Of a stretch of 64,000 nt of DNA, positions 36,494 through 47,149 are shown one piece after another. A model generated the notes under the pieces. It was not told the origin of the DNA. It saw only the letters and a list, made by a program, of their open reading frames with translations, and ran no database searches. Origin of the DNA: Mobula hypostoma (lineage: Eukaryota); NCBI RefSeq assembly GCF_963921235.1, contig NC_086097.1, forward strand, positions 239,756,001 through 239,820,000. Reading direction: 5' to 3'. The translations under genes and the position numbers were made by a program. Numbering within the stretch: position 1 is the stretch's first letter; the number at the start of each line of letters is the position of its first letter.

Positions 36494-38364
36494 CATAGAA
36501 ACATAGAAACATAGAAAATACGTGCAGGAGTAGGCCATTTGGCCCTTCAAGCCTGCACCACCATTCAGTATGATCATGGCTGATCATCCAACTCAGAACC
36601 CTGTACCAGCCTTCCCTCCATACCCTCTGATCCCTTTAGCCACAAGGGCCATATCTAACTTCCTCTTAAATATAGCCAATGAACTGGCCTCAACTGTTTC
36701 CTGTGGCAGAGAATTCCACAGATTCACCACTCTCTGTGTGAAGAAGTTTTTCCTCATCTCTGTCCTAAAAGGCTTCCCCTTTATCCTCAAACTGTGACCC
36801 CTCGTTCTGGACTTCCCCAACATCGGGAACAAACTTTCTGCATCTAGCCTGTCCAATCCCTTTAGGATTTGAACGTTTCAATAAGATCTCCCCTCAATCT
36901 TCTAAATTCCAACGAATATAAGCCTAGTCGATCCAATCCTTCATCATGTGAAAGTCCTGCCATCCCAGGAATCAATCTGGTGAACCTTCTTTGTACTCCC
37001 TCTATGGCAAGGATGTCTTTCCTCAGATTAGGGGACCAAAACTGCACACAATACTCCAGGTGTGGTCTCACCAAGGCCTTGTACAACTGCAGTAGTACCT
37101 TCCTGCTCCTATACTCGAATCCTCTTGCTATGCATGCCAGCATACCATTTGCCTTTTTCACCGCCTGCTGTACCTGCATGCCCACTTTCAATGACTGGTG
37201 TATAATGACACCCAGGTCTCGTTGCACCTCCCCTTTTCCTAATCGGCCACCATTCAGATTATAATCTGTTTTCCTATTCTTGCCACCAAAGTGGATAACC
37301 TCACATTTATCCACATTAAATTGCATCTGCCATGAATTTGCCCACTCACCTAACCTATCCAAGTCACCCTGCATCCTCTTAGCATCCTCCTCACAGCTGA
37401 CACTGCTGCCCAGCTTCGTGTCATCCGCAAACTTGGAGATGCTGCATTTAATTCCCTCATCCAAGTCATTAATATATATTGTAAACAACTGGGGTCCCAG
37501 CACTGAGCCTTGCGGTACCCCACTAGTCACTGCCTGCCATTCTGAAAAGGTCCCGTTTATTCCCACTCTTTGCTTCCTGTCTGCCAACCAATTCTCTATC
37601 CACATCAATATCATACCCCCAATACCGTGTGCTTTATGTTTGCACACTAATCTCCTGTGTGGGACCTTGTCAAAGTCTTTTGAAAATCCAAATATACCAC
37701 ATCCACTGGTTCTCCCCTATCCACTCTACTAGTTACATTCTCAAAAAATTCTATGAGATTTGTCAGACATGATTTTCCTTTCACAAATCCATGCTGACTT
37801 TGTCCGATGATTTCACCGCTTTCCAAATGTGCAGTTATCACATTTTTGATAACAGACTCTAGCATTTTCCCCATCACCGATGTTAGGCTAACTGGTCTAT
37901 AATTCCCTGGTTTCTCTCTCCCTCCTTTTTTAAAAAGTGGGGTTACATTAGCCACCCTCCAATCCTCAGCAACTAGTCCTGAATCTGAAGAGTTTTGAAA
38001 AATTATCACTAATGCCTCCACTATTTCTTGGGCTATTACCTTAAGCACTCTGGGATGCAGACCATCTGGTCCTGGGGATTTATCTGCCTTTAATCCCTTC
38101 AATTTACCTAACACCACTTCCCTACTAACATGTATTTCCCTCAGTTCCTCCATCTCACTGGACCTTTTGTCCCCTACTATTTCTGGAAGATTATTTATGT
38201 CCTCCTTAGTGAAGACAGAACCAAAGTAGTTATTCAATTGGTCTGCCATGTCCTTGCTCCCTATAATCAATTCACCTGTTTCTGTCTGTAGGGGACCTAC
38301 ATTTGTCTTAACCAATCTTTTCCTTTTCACATATCTTTAACCAATCTTTTTCTTTTCACATATC
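36494..38364 (-). mobile_element. CR1 family A, 5'-truncated (~1.85 kb)
   Basis: ORFs 37647-38330, 36862-37647 and 36593-36856 form a frameshifted RT; (CATAGAAA)n tail. Confidence 0.95.
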
Positions 38365-38539
38365 CACTGAGTAGAAATGGTGATTGATATTCCCACATCA
38401 GTTGATGGTGGTGGCAATTTGTATTTTAATGTCCAAGTTTTGAGGCCTGCTTACAATTTTCGGTGAGCTAAAGGCAAAATTCTTACCTCAGGCTTCCACA
38501 GCTAGGGTATAGTTTGTTTGGGAATGTCAGTGTGCATGT

Positions 38540-39110
38540 GTAACACACAAAATGGTGGCGGAATTCAGCAGGTCAGGCAGAATCAATGGAGGGGATTAAA
38601 CGGTCGATATTTTTTGCTGAGACCCTTCATCAAGACTAGAAAGAAAGGGAATGGAAGCCAAAATAGAAAGGTGGAGGGACGGAAAGGAGGTGATAGGTGA
38701 AGCCAGGTGAGGGGGAAGGTGGGTGATTGGGATAGGTGTGATGAAGTGAGATACTGGACGGTGATTGATGAAGAGATAAAGGGCTGAAGCAAAAAGGAAT
38801 CTGAAAGGAGAGTAGAGTGGATGACAGGGGAACAAGCAGGTATACCAGAGGGAGATGATGGGAAGGTGAGGAAAAGGGAAGGGGTAAGAGGGGAGTCAGA
38901 ATGGGAAATTGAAAAAGAGAGAATGGGGAGGGGAGAAGAAATTACTGGAAATTAGAGAAATCATTGTACAATGCCATCAGGTTGGAGGCTACCCAGATGG
39001 AACATAAGGAATTGCTCTTCCAACCTAAGAGTGGCCTCATTTTCATAGTAGCGGTTGTCATGGATGATATGTCAGAATGGGAAGAATTAAAATGGGTGAC
39101 CATCGGGAAA
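38540..39110 (-). mobile_element. Penelope-like fragment
   Basis: Reverse complement of the GIY-YIG tail and pseudo-LTR; degenerate hammerhead motif at 38600-38637. Confidence 0.8.
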
Positions 39111-39139
39111 TCATCAGTGTTGGAAATCATTCTGAAGAT

Positions 39140-39285
39140 GTGTAGCTCGGGTGGTTGGTGGTTGGGTTGAGTTGTTCTCTGTTCTTGGCAATCAGAGGAT
39201 GCACCGCAATCGACAGAGATCGACCATGTCTCCATGCATGGCGATGAAACATTTGTAAGTAAGTTACCAGGATCAGAGAACAACA
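39140..39285. mobile_element. Second Penelope-like family, short inverted pseudo-LTR remnant
   Basis: Imperfect inverted repeat GTTGTTCTCTGTTCTTGGCAAT (39171-39192) and GTTACCAGGATCAGAGAACAAC (39263-39284) around a decayed ...GATGAAACATT motif. Confidence 0.5.
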
Positions 39286-40004
39286 ATCGTCAGTTTGTGT
39301 GATGAATCATAATGAGTTGAGGGCATCCATTACCTGTGGCTCCCGAGACCTGGTGAAAAGGGACTGCAGCTTCTCCCTGCCTCTACCTCCCCATTTTCAC
39401 TCACTATTTATTTTTCAGCCCTAATAAAGTTTTAATTAGTTCTGATTGCAGTTGTAACAGATGGTGCAACAAAATTAACATTTAAATTAACCTTCTTGGA
39501 TTCTAGAAATTTTCCTCCAAATATTTAGAAAGGCTTCTATAAGTTAACGTGAAAGAGATTACCTTTGTGCTGCAGTATTAACTTAGTAATGAATGCCAGT
39601 CTATGTAAAGCAAACTTAAGGTAAAGCAAGAATGTTATTCAATGACACCAGTCATCATTCTTCTTGGATGATGAAGAATGGAGCACCAAAAGGTTTTTCA
39701 ATGTGCATTCATGGGGAAACTTATGTGTAGGTCACCAACATAAATCATTGTGGGACCGATTCAACCTATACTTTATTCTGTGAGGGATTTTTCCCAGGGT
39801 CACACAACAGCAATCAGACCAGTCTTGTCTTGTTTTACTTCACTTTGTATTTATCATAGAAATACAATGTGAAGTAAAACACATTTACTTCAAACAGACC
39901 ACCTATACTGCAGCTTTCTGAATACCTCCTATTGAAATTGTGATTTACCTGTGTCTAAATGAATGGACAGGTATAACACAATGAGCTTCCATCTAACAAA
40001 ATGG

Positions 40005-40945
40005 CCACAGAGCGTATGTTCTTGGTCTTCTGCTGCTGTTCTCCATCCACTTCAAGGTTCGACATGTTGTGTATTCAGAGATACTCTTCTGCACACCACT
40101 GTTGTATCCTGTGTTTATCTGAGTTACTACGGCCTTCCTATCAGCTTGAACCAGTTTGCCCATTTGCCTCTGGTCTCTCTCATTAACAAAGCGTATATAA
40201 ACATAGAACATAGAATAGTACAGCACAGTACAGGCCCTTCAGCCCACAATGTTGTGCCGACCCTCAGACCCTGCCTGTCATATAACCCCCCACCTTAAAT
40301 TCCTCCATATACCTGTCTAGTAATCTCTTAAATTTCATGAGTGTATCTGCCTCCACCACTGACTCAGGCAGTGCATTCTACGCACCAACCACTCTCTGAG
40401 TAAAAACTCTTCCTCTAATATCCCCCTTGAACTTCCCACCCCTTACATTAAAGCCATGTCCTTTTGTATTGAGCAGTGGTGCCCTGGGGAAGAGGTGCTG
40501 GCTATCCACTCTATCTATTCCTCTTATTATCTTGTACACCTCCATCATGTCTCCTCTCATCCTCCTTCTCTCCAAAGAGTAAAGCGCTAGCTCCCTTAAT
40601 CTTTGATCATAATGCATACTCTCTAAACCAGGCAGCTTTCTGGTAAATCTCCTCTGTGACCTTTCCAATGCTTCTACATCCTTCCTATAGTGAGGCGACC
40701 AGAACTGGACACAGTACTCCATGTGTGGCCTAACCAGAGTTTTATAGAGCTGCATCATTACATCGCAACTCTTAAACTCTATCCCTCGACTTATGAAAGC
40801 TAACACCCCGTAAGCTTTCTTAACTACCCTATCTACCCTATGCTCACAGAATTGTGGCATGCTGGATGTCTTTTTTTGCATTTGCACCATTCTTTGTAAA
40901 TCCCAGAGACTATTATACGTGAAAATCCCAGGATTTAGATCTTTT
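40005..40945 (-). mobile_element. Tc1-derived remnant split by a CR1-B insertion
   Basis: ORF 39993-40226 GKLVQADRKAVVTQINTGYNSGVQKSISEYTTCRTLKWMENSSRRP (Tc1 HTH2-like); sequence resumes at ~40839. Confidence 0.7.
40200..40838 (-). mobile_element. CR1 family B 3' fragment
   Basis: Highly similar to 31925-32558; (CATAGAA)n tail. Confidence 0.92.
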
Positions 40946-41194
40946 TCATAATATATCCAATGCTTCAGCCTGGGTCCAAAACATCGCAAAGGTATAATCT
41001 GTCAATTTATAGAAGAAATTGAAGGAAAAAGAAAAGATAAAATTGCAGAAAATGGCCTGAATGATGTTCAGATCTGAAATTACAAGTATTAATTGCTCAA
41101 GTTGAGTACAATGTTCTCCTAAGTCTGTTTTCAGAGTAGGGTGGATTCCCTTAATGGAGAATACCTGTGCGTGACTTTGTTTAAAATGGGAAGG

Positions 41195-41495
41195 CTGATG
41201 CCTGGGCAGCCTCAACATGGTCCTTGAGGGATTGGGGTCAGGATCCTGTGGCATGGAACGCAAGACAAAAGGGGACCCTTCACTGCTGCAGCCTTCCTCC
41301 ACCTTCATTGTAATTGTCTTCCACCAGCTCCACCATTGAGGTCTTGTTTGGATCGCTCTTTATCTGGAACCTTCCCCTTGAACCTACCAGCATGGCTGAC
41401 CTTACCAGGAGCTAGATTCCAGATGACATCACTCTCAGGATCACAAGAACTCACAAGCCTGTCCACCACAATGAGGAGACGATCCTTGGAGGACA
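41195..41495 (-). mobile_element. RTE (Expander/Rex3-like) 5' UTR fragment
   Basis: Minus strand TTGTGGTGGACAGGCTTGTGAG...TGATCCTGAGAG...CTCCTGGTAAGGTCAGCCATG...CCAGATAAAGAGCGATCC resembles RTE 5' ends (recognition only). Confidence 0.5.
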
Positions 41496-41618
41496 TTGAT
41501 GTATCCAGGAATTTACAATTTGGTCTCTTAATCCACAGTTTGATTCATTTTAATCCATCTAACACTGGATAAATTTCCTCATCTTGGACTTCAAAATTCC
41601 CATCATTACTTCCATAGA

Positions 41619-41930
41619 GTGGGCACATGGCCAAGTGGTTAAGGCATTCGACTAGCAACCTGAAGGTCGTGAGTTCAATCCCCAGCCAAGGCAGTGTGTT
41701 GTGTCCTTGAGCAAGGCACTTAACCACACAGTGCTCTGCGACGACACTGGTGCCAAGCTGTATGGGTCCTAATGCCCTTCCCTTGGACAATATCGGTGTC
41801 GTAGAGAGGGGAGACTTGCAGCATGGGCAACTGCCGGTCTTCCGTACAACCTTGCCCAGGCCTGCGCCCTGGAGAGTGAAGACTTTCCAGGCGCAGAACC
41901 ATGGTCTCGCAAAACTAGGGGATGCCTTAC
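41619..41930 (+). mobile_element. tRNA-head SINE with CORE-like motif and RTE-type 3' tail
   Basis: A box TGGCCAAGTGG, B box GAGTTCAATCC, GTGTCCTTGAGCAAGGCACTTAAC, tail CCATGGTCTCGC...GGATGCC; perfect 13-bp TSD TTACTTCCATAGA at 41606-41618 and 41931-41943. Confidence 0.9.
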
Positions 41931-42726
41931 TTACTTCCATAGACTTTCCCCTCCCTGACCCCTCAATTTGCTGTAACTTCATAATCTCTTCCAGTCCAGG
42001 TACCTCTAATTCTGGTATCTGGCCCTTCCACTAAGGTAACCTCGCCACCATTGGCAACCATGCCTTCAACTGCCAAAGTGCTAAGTTCTAAAATCCTCTT
42101 CTAAATCTTTTCAAAGTCTTCGTAGTTTAAAACGGTCCATAAAAACTTTATCCTCTGATTAAGATTTTGCTCATTTTCACTGATACCTGCTGATATTGCA
42201 AAAAAGAAAGATCAATTTGTGCTTGACAAAACTTCAAGTGCCTTGGGGTGTTTTAGCTTGTAGATATAAATGTGAAGTCCACTAAATCTGCAATGTACAA
42301 TTCCATCAGCTTTACAAGAAAAGCAGAAGAAAAACTACTGAAATGTGCATTTGAGGTGGGTTGTGCCGAAAATTATAAAGTAATGTGAAGCAGCTGGCAG
42401 GGTAATTGGTTGTTGATATTCTGTCATTCCTTCAGCTGACTGGAGCTGCTCTCAGTGCCCTTTCCAGTGGTGACCTCAGTCCATGTAAACTGATTTTTCA
42501 GCCTTTTTTTCTGCAAAGTTTGAGACAAATCGCATCGGGGGCTATCCATCAGAACTCCGGAAATTCAATATTTTGTCCTTTAGAAAGGACAGGGTAGGAA
42601 ACTATGCTGACTTCAGGAAAGTGCATTTTAGGGCTGCAATCACAAAGTCAATTCATGATCAATCTGAACTGCTCTGTAATGATTATTAAATTAAAAGAAC
42701 AATAAGATGCTTTTGCACCATACGGC

Positions 42727-42974
42727 TATTGTGTATTTAATATTTCAGTAATATTTGAGTAATATTAAAAATATATTGTTTGATTAAGCACTCTTTGTTT
42801 TTTGCCTAATTCATCACGGGATAGACATAGAAGTATGTAAATGGCATACGTTATTATGCTGCCATGTCATAAACGCACACTTGACTAAAGTGAAAAACAA
42901 AGTAGACACGTTTAGCTCTGGTTCGGCGTTTTTCTTTCGATTAATTTTATGTTTTGCAATTATGAAACGTAACA
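42727..42974 (+). mobile_element. AT-rich solo-LTR-like repeat (same family as 9306)
   Basis: Collinear with 9306-9369 plus 9936-10100; ends ...ACGTAACA. Confidence 0.5.
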
Positions 42975-43179
42975 ACAGCTAGTACTTCCATGGTAGTATA
43001 GTGCATCTTTACAATAAATAATATTGCCATAAATGTAAGCAACTAAACTGAATAAAAATAGGTATATTGGTACCAAACATAGAACAATACAGCACACAAC
43101 AGGCTCCTCGGCCCATGATATTTTAGCGACATATTAACCTACTCTAAGATTAATTTAACCTTTCCCTCCCGCATAGCCT

Positions 43180-43675
43180 AGGAAGTCCATGACCTCCTCT
43201 GCTGCACATGTTGGAGGAGCAACACCTTATATTCCTTCAGGGTAGCCTCCAACATGATGGCATGAACATCAGTCTCTCGAACTTCTGGTAATTGCTGCAC
43301 CCCCCCCCCCCATTCCACCTTCACTATTCCCATTCCTGTTCCCTCTCCCTCACCTTATCTCCTTACCCGCCCATCGCCTCCCTCTGGTGCTGTTTCCTTT
43401 CCTTTTCTTCCATGGTCTTATCGGATTCCCACTTCTCCAGCCCCTTATCTCTTTCACCTATCAGTTTTCCAGCTCTTCACCCCTCCCTCTCTCCCAGTTC
43501 CACCTATCACCTGCCACCTTGTACTTCTTCCTCCTGCCCCCACCCACCCACCTTCTTGCTCTAACTTCTCGTCTTTCCAACCCTGATGAAGGGTCTCAGC
43601 CTGAAACATCCGACTGGTTGCTCTTTGCCATAGATGCTGCCTGGCCTGCTGAGTTCCTCCAGCATGTTGCACGTG
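43180..43675 (+). mobile_element. Penelope-like 3' fragment with hammerhead core, inserted in a CR1-tail repeat
   Basis: CCCTGATGAAGGGTCTCAGCCTGAAACATC at 43581-43610; degenerate TSD CCTCCCGCATAGCC/CCTCCTACATAGCC. Confidence 0.8.
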
Positions 43676-44292
43676 TTCCTCCTACATAGCCCTCCATTTT
43701 CCTTTCATTTTCCGTTTCCTTTCTGAGATGGTGGTGGATGCCAATACATTAGTGACATTTAAGAGATATCGAAGAATCTCTGAGTATTTAAATACCCCTA
43801 CATATCTGCCTCTACCACCACCCCTGACAGTGTGTTCCACACATCCACCCCTAAATGTGTAAAAAGAAACATATCTCTGACACCCTTCCTATACTTTCCT
43901 CGAATCACCTCAGAATTATGCCCTCCCCATATTCGCAATTCCCACCCAGGGAAAAGGTCTATTTCTATCTAATCCTCATATTATCTTATAAATTATCAAA
44001 TCACCTCTCATCCCCCTTTGCGCCAAAGAGAAAATCCCCAGCTCATTCAACTTATCCTCATCAGACATCATTCTCTAAATCATTGTTCCGTGTATTAAAC
44101 TGAGTGTTAGTCTTGTCAAATTCCAAACTGTGAACCCTTAACTAGTGATTGGCTCTTCTTACTCTTATACCAGAACCACAGTGAGGCAAATGGGTAAGTG
44201 CAGCTGGACAAATATAGTAGATTCAAGTATACCTTGCAAATTGATCAGTAAGTGAAACAAACACAAGTTATTAATATTAATATTAATTATAA

Positions 44293-44422
44293 AGTCCTAC
44301 TGAAGGATTACGGCCAGAAACACCAACTGTGCTCTTTTCTGTAGATGCTGCCTGATCTGCTGAGTCCCTCCAGCATTTTGTGTGTGTTGTTTGGATTTCC
44401 AGTATCTGCAAATTTTCTCTTG
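44293..44422 (+). mobile_element. Penelope-like pseudo-LTR fragment
   Basis: AGTCCTACTGAAGG...GAAACACCAACTG...AGATGCTGCCTGATCTGCTGAG. Confidence 0.7.
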
Positions 44423-44654
44423 CAACTTATTAGTAAAGATTTGATCAAAAACAACACTATATGCACTGGTAAACTGAGTTATTGCTCTCACTTGATGTCC
44501 AGAATCTCCAGTTTGAAAGGCGATTATATCAAGTCGTCACTTTTTATTGTCATTTCGACCATAACTGCTGGTACAGTACACAGTAAAAACGAGACAATGT
44601 TTTTCAGGACCATGGTGCTACATGAACAATACAAAAACTACACTGAACTACGTA

Positions 44655-45292
44655 AAGTCAAGAGGCAGGAGGAGAAGATGGCGGCACGGCGCAGCGCGCA
44701 CAGCCTTTCCGGTGAAATGATATTGTATTTGTTAAATAGGGTACCATGCACAGATCTGATTTGATGGAGACAGCCGTAAGAGGCACGGAGGAACATCTGG
44801 AGAAACTTCTGAAATGCCCAGTTCACTGCCACTGCTACTGTGCGATCGAGAATCTCCGGAGGGAAGGCCCCAAATCCTTGGTTTTGCCTGCTGCTGGTGG
44901 CCGGGGCTGGAGTCGAAGCACTCAGCAGAGATGGTGCTCGGTGCTCAGTGCTCAGTGTTGGAGGGCTGGTCGGAGGCTTTAAGTTTTCGGATGACTTGGA
45001 GTCCGACTGTGGACGGGCATGGCAGGGAGAGATTTCTTCCTTCTCCTGTCTGCGTGAGATGTGGGACTTTTGAGAGACTTTGAACTTTTTTTTTACCATG
45101 CCTATGGCCTGTTCTTCATCAAGTTATGGTATTGTTTGCACTGTTGTAACTATATGTTATAATTATGTGGTTTTTGTCGGTCTTTCAGTTTTGGTCTGTC
45201 CTGTGTTTCTGTGATATCACACTGGAGGAATATTGTATCATTTCCTAATGACAATAAAAGAGGACTGCGTGTACTCATAATCTAAAAAAAAA
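44655..45292 (+). mobile_element. CpG-rich non-autonomous retroposon (LINE 5' UTR-like head and LINE-like 3' end)
   Basis: Starts near AAGATGGCGGC (YY1-like); ends GACAATAAAAGAGG...CTAAAAAAAA; interrupts the Rex1 3' UTR. Confidence 0.5.
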
Positions 45293-45532
45293 CACAAAAC
45301 TTCACTAGACTACAGACCTACCCAGGACTGCATAAAGTGCACAAAACAGTGCAGGCATTACAATAAATAATAAACAAGACAATAGGCACAGTAGAGGGCA
45401 GTAGGTTGGTGTCAGTCCAGGCTCAAGGTACTGAAGAGTCTGATGGCTGGGGGGAAGAAACTGTTACATAGTCTGGTTGTAAGAGTCCGAAATACTTTGG
45501 TACCTTTTGCCAGATGGCAGGAGGGAGAAGAG

Positions 45533-45630
45533 CAACACACATCAAAGTTGCTGGTGAACGCAGCAGGCCAGGCAGCATCTCTAGGAAGAGGTACAGTCGA
45601 CGTTTCAGGCTGAGACCCTTCGTCAGGACT
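45533..45630 (-). mobile_element. 98-bp Penelope-derived mini-insertion
   Basis: Perfect 13-bp TSD GGAGGGAGAAGAG at 45520-45532 and 45631-45643. Confidence 0.9.
45594..45630 (-). ncRNA. Minimal type I hammerhead ribozyme motif (Penelope-type)
   Basis: AGUC-CUGACGA-AGGGUCUCAGCCU-GAAAC-GUC-GACU: stem I AGUC/GACU, intact core, short stem II, palindromic ACGU stem III, GUC cleavage triplet. Confidence 0.8.
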
Positions 45631-47149
45631 GGAGGGAGAAGAGTTTGTTTGAGGGGTGCGTGGGGTCCTTGGTAATGCTGTTTGCTTTACGGATGCAGCG
45701 TGTGGTGTAAATGTCTGTAATGGCGGGAAGAGAGACCCCGATGATCTTCTCAGCTGGCCTCACTATCCGCTGCAGGGTCTTGCGATCTGAGATGGTGCAA
45801 TTTCCGAACCAGGCAGTGATGCAGCTGCTCAGGATGCTCTCAATACAACCTCTGTGGAATGTGGTGAGGATGGGGGGTGGGAGATGGACTTTTCTCAGCC
45901 TTCGCAGAAAGTAAAGACGCTGCTGGGCTTTCTTTGCTATAGAGCTGGTGTTGACGGACCAGGTGAGATTCTCCGCCAGGTGAACACCAAGAAATTTGGT
46001 GCTCTTAACAATCTCTATGGAAGGGTCGTCGATGTTCAGCAGAGAGTGGTCGCTCCATGTCCTCCTGAAGTCAACAACCATCTATTTTGTTTTGTTCACA
46101 TTCAGAGACAGGTTGTTGGCTCTGCACCAGTCCGTTAGTCCCTGCACCTCCTCTCTATATGCTGACTTATCGTTCTTGCTGATGAGACCCACCACTGTCG
46201 TGTTATCGGTGAACTTGATGATGTGGTTCGAGCTGTGTGTTGCAGCACAGTCGTGGGTCAGCAGAGTGAACAGCAGTGGACTGAGCACACAGCCCTGGGG
46301 GGGCCCCGTGCTCAGTGTGATGGTGTTGGAGATGCTGCTCACGATCTGGACTGACTGAGGTCCCCCAGTCAGGAAGTCTAGGATCCAGTTGCAGAGGGAG
46401 GTGTTCAGGCCCAGTAGGCTCAGCTTTCCAATCAGTTTTTGAGGAATGATTGTGTTGAATGCTGAACTGAAGTCTATGAACAGGATTCGAACGTACGTGT
46501 CTATTATGTCCAGGTGGGTTAGGGCCAGGTGGAGGGTGATGGCAATGGCGCCGTCTGTTGAACAGTTGGGATGGTACGCGATCTGCAGGGTGTCCAGTGA
46601 GGAGGGCAGCAGGGTCTTGGTGTGCCTCATGACGAGCCTCTCAAAACACTTTATGATGATGGATGTGAGTGCGACGGGACGGTAGTCTTTGAGGCAGGAC
46701 ACTGAAGACTTCTTCGGCACGAGGATGATTGTGGCGGCCTTGAAGCACTTAGAAACGATGGCACTGCTCGGGGAGATGTTGAAGATGTCAGTGAGAATAC
46801 CTGCTAGCTGGTCTGCACATCCGCTAAGCACTCTGCCAGGAATATTGTCCGGTCCAGCAGCCTTCCATGGGTTGACCCTGCACAGGGTTCTCCTCACATC
46901 GGCCACGGTAAGACACATCACCTGGTCATTTGGAGGAGGGGTGGTCTTCCTCGCTGCCGCCTTATCTTCCACCTCAAAACGAGCGTAGAAGTTATTCAAT
47001 GCATCCGGGAGGGAGGCATCACCAACACAGGCAGGTGGTGTTGTCTTGTAGTTGGTGATGTCCTGAATGCCCTTCCACGTGCGCTGCATGTTGTTTGAGA
47101 ATATATTTGGATCCCTTTTCTCTTACTCTGCCTTAGTAACTTAGTGTAG

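Larger units (their letters stand above)
44530..47092 (-). mobile_element. Rex1/Babar LINE (RT), 5'-truncated, with two nested insertions
   Basis: ORFs 46082-47089 ([33 protein letters not shown]) and 45623-46081 (KFLGVHLAENLTWS). Confidence 0.9.

Noticed and set aside
39196..39260. Exon-like AG...GTAAGT segment
   Set aside because: Lies between inverted repeats of a Penelope-like remnant
41619..41695. Possible tRNA gene (also SINE heads at 10533, 25457 and 60465)
   Set aside because: A/B boxes continue into a SINE body and LINE-type tail; no clean cloverleaf or terminator
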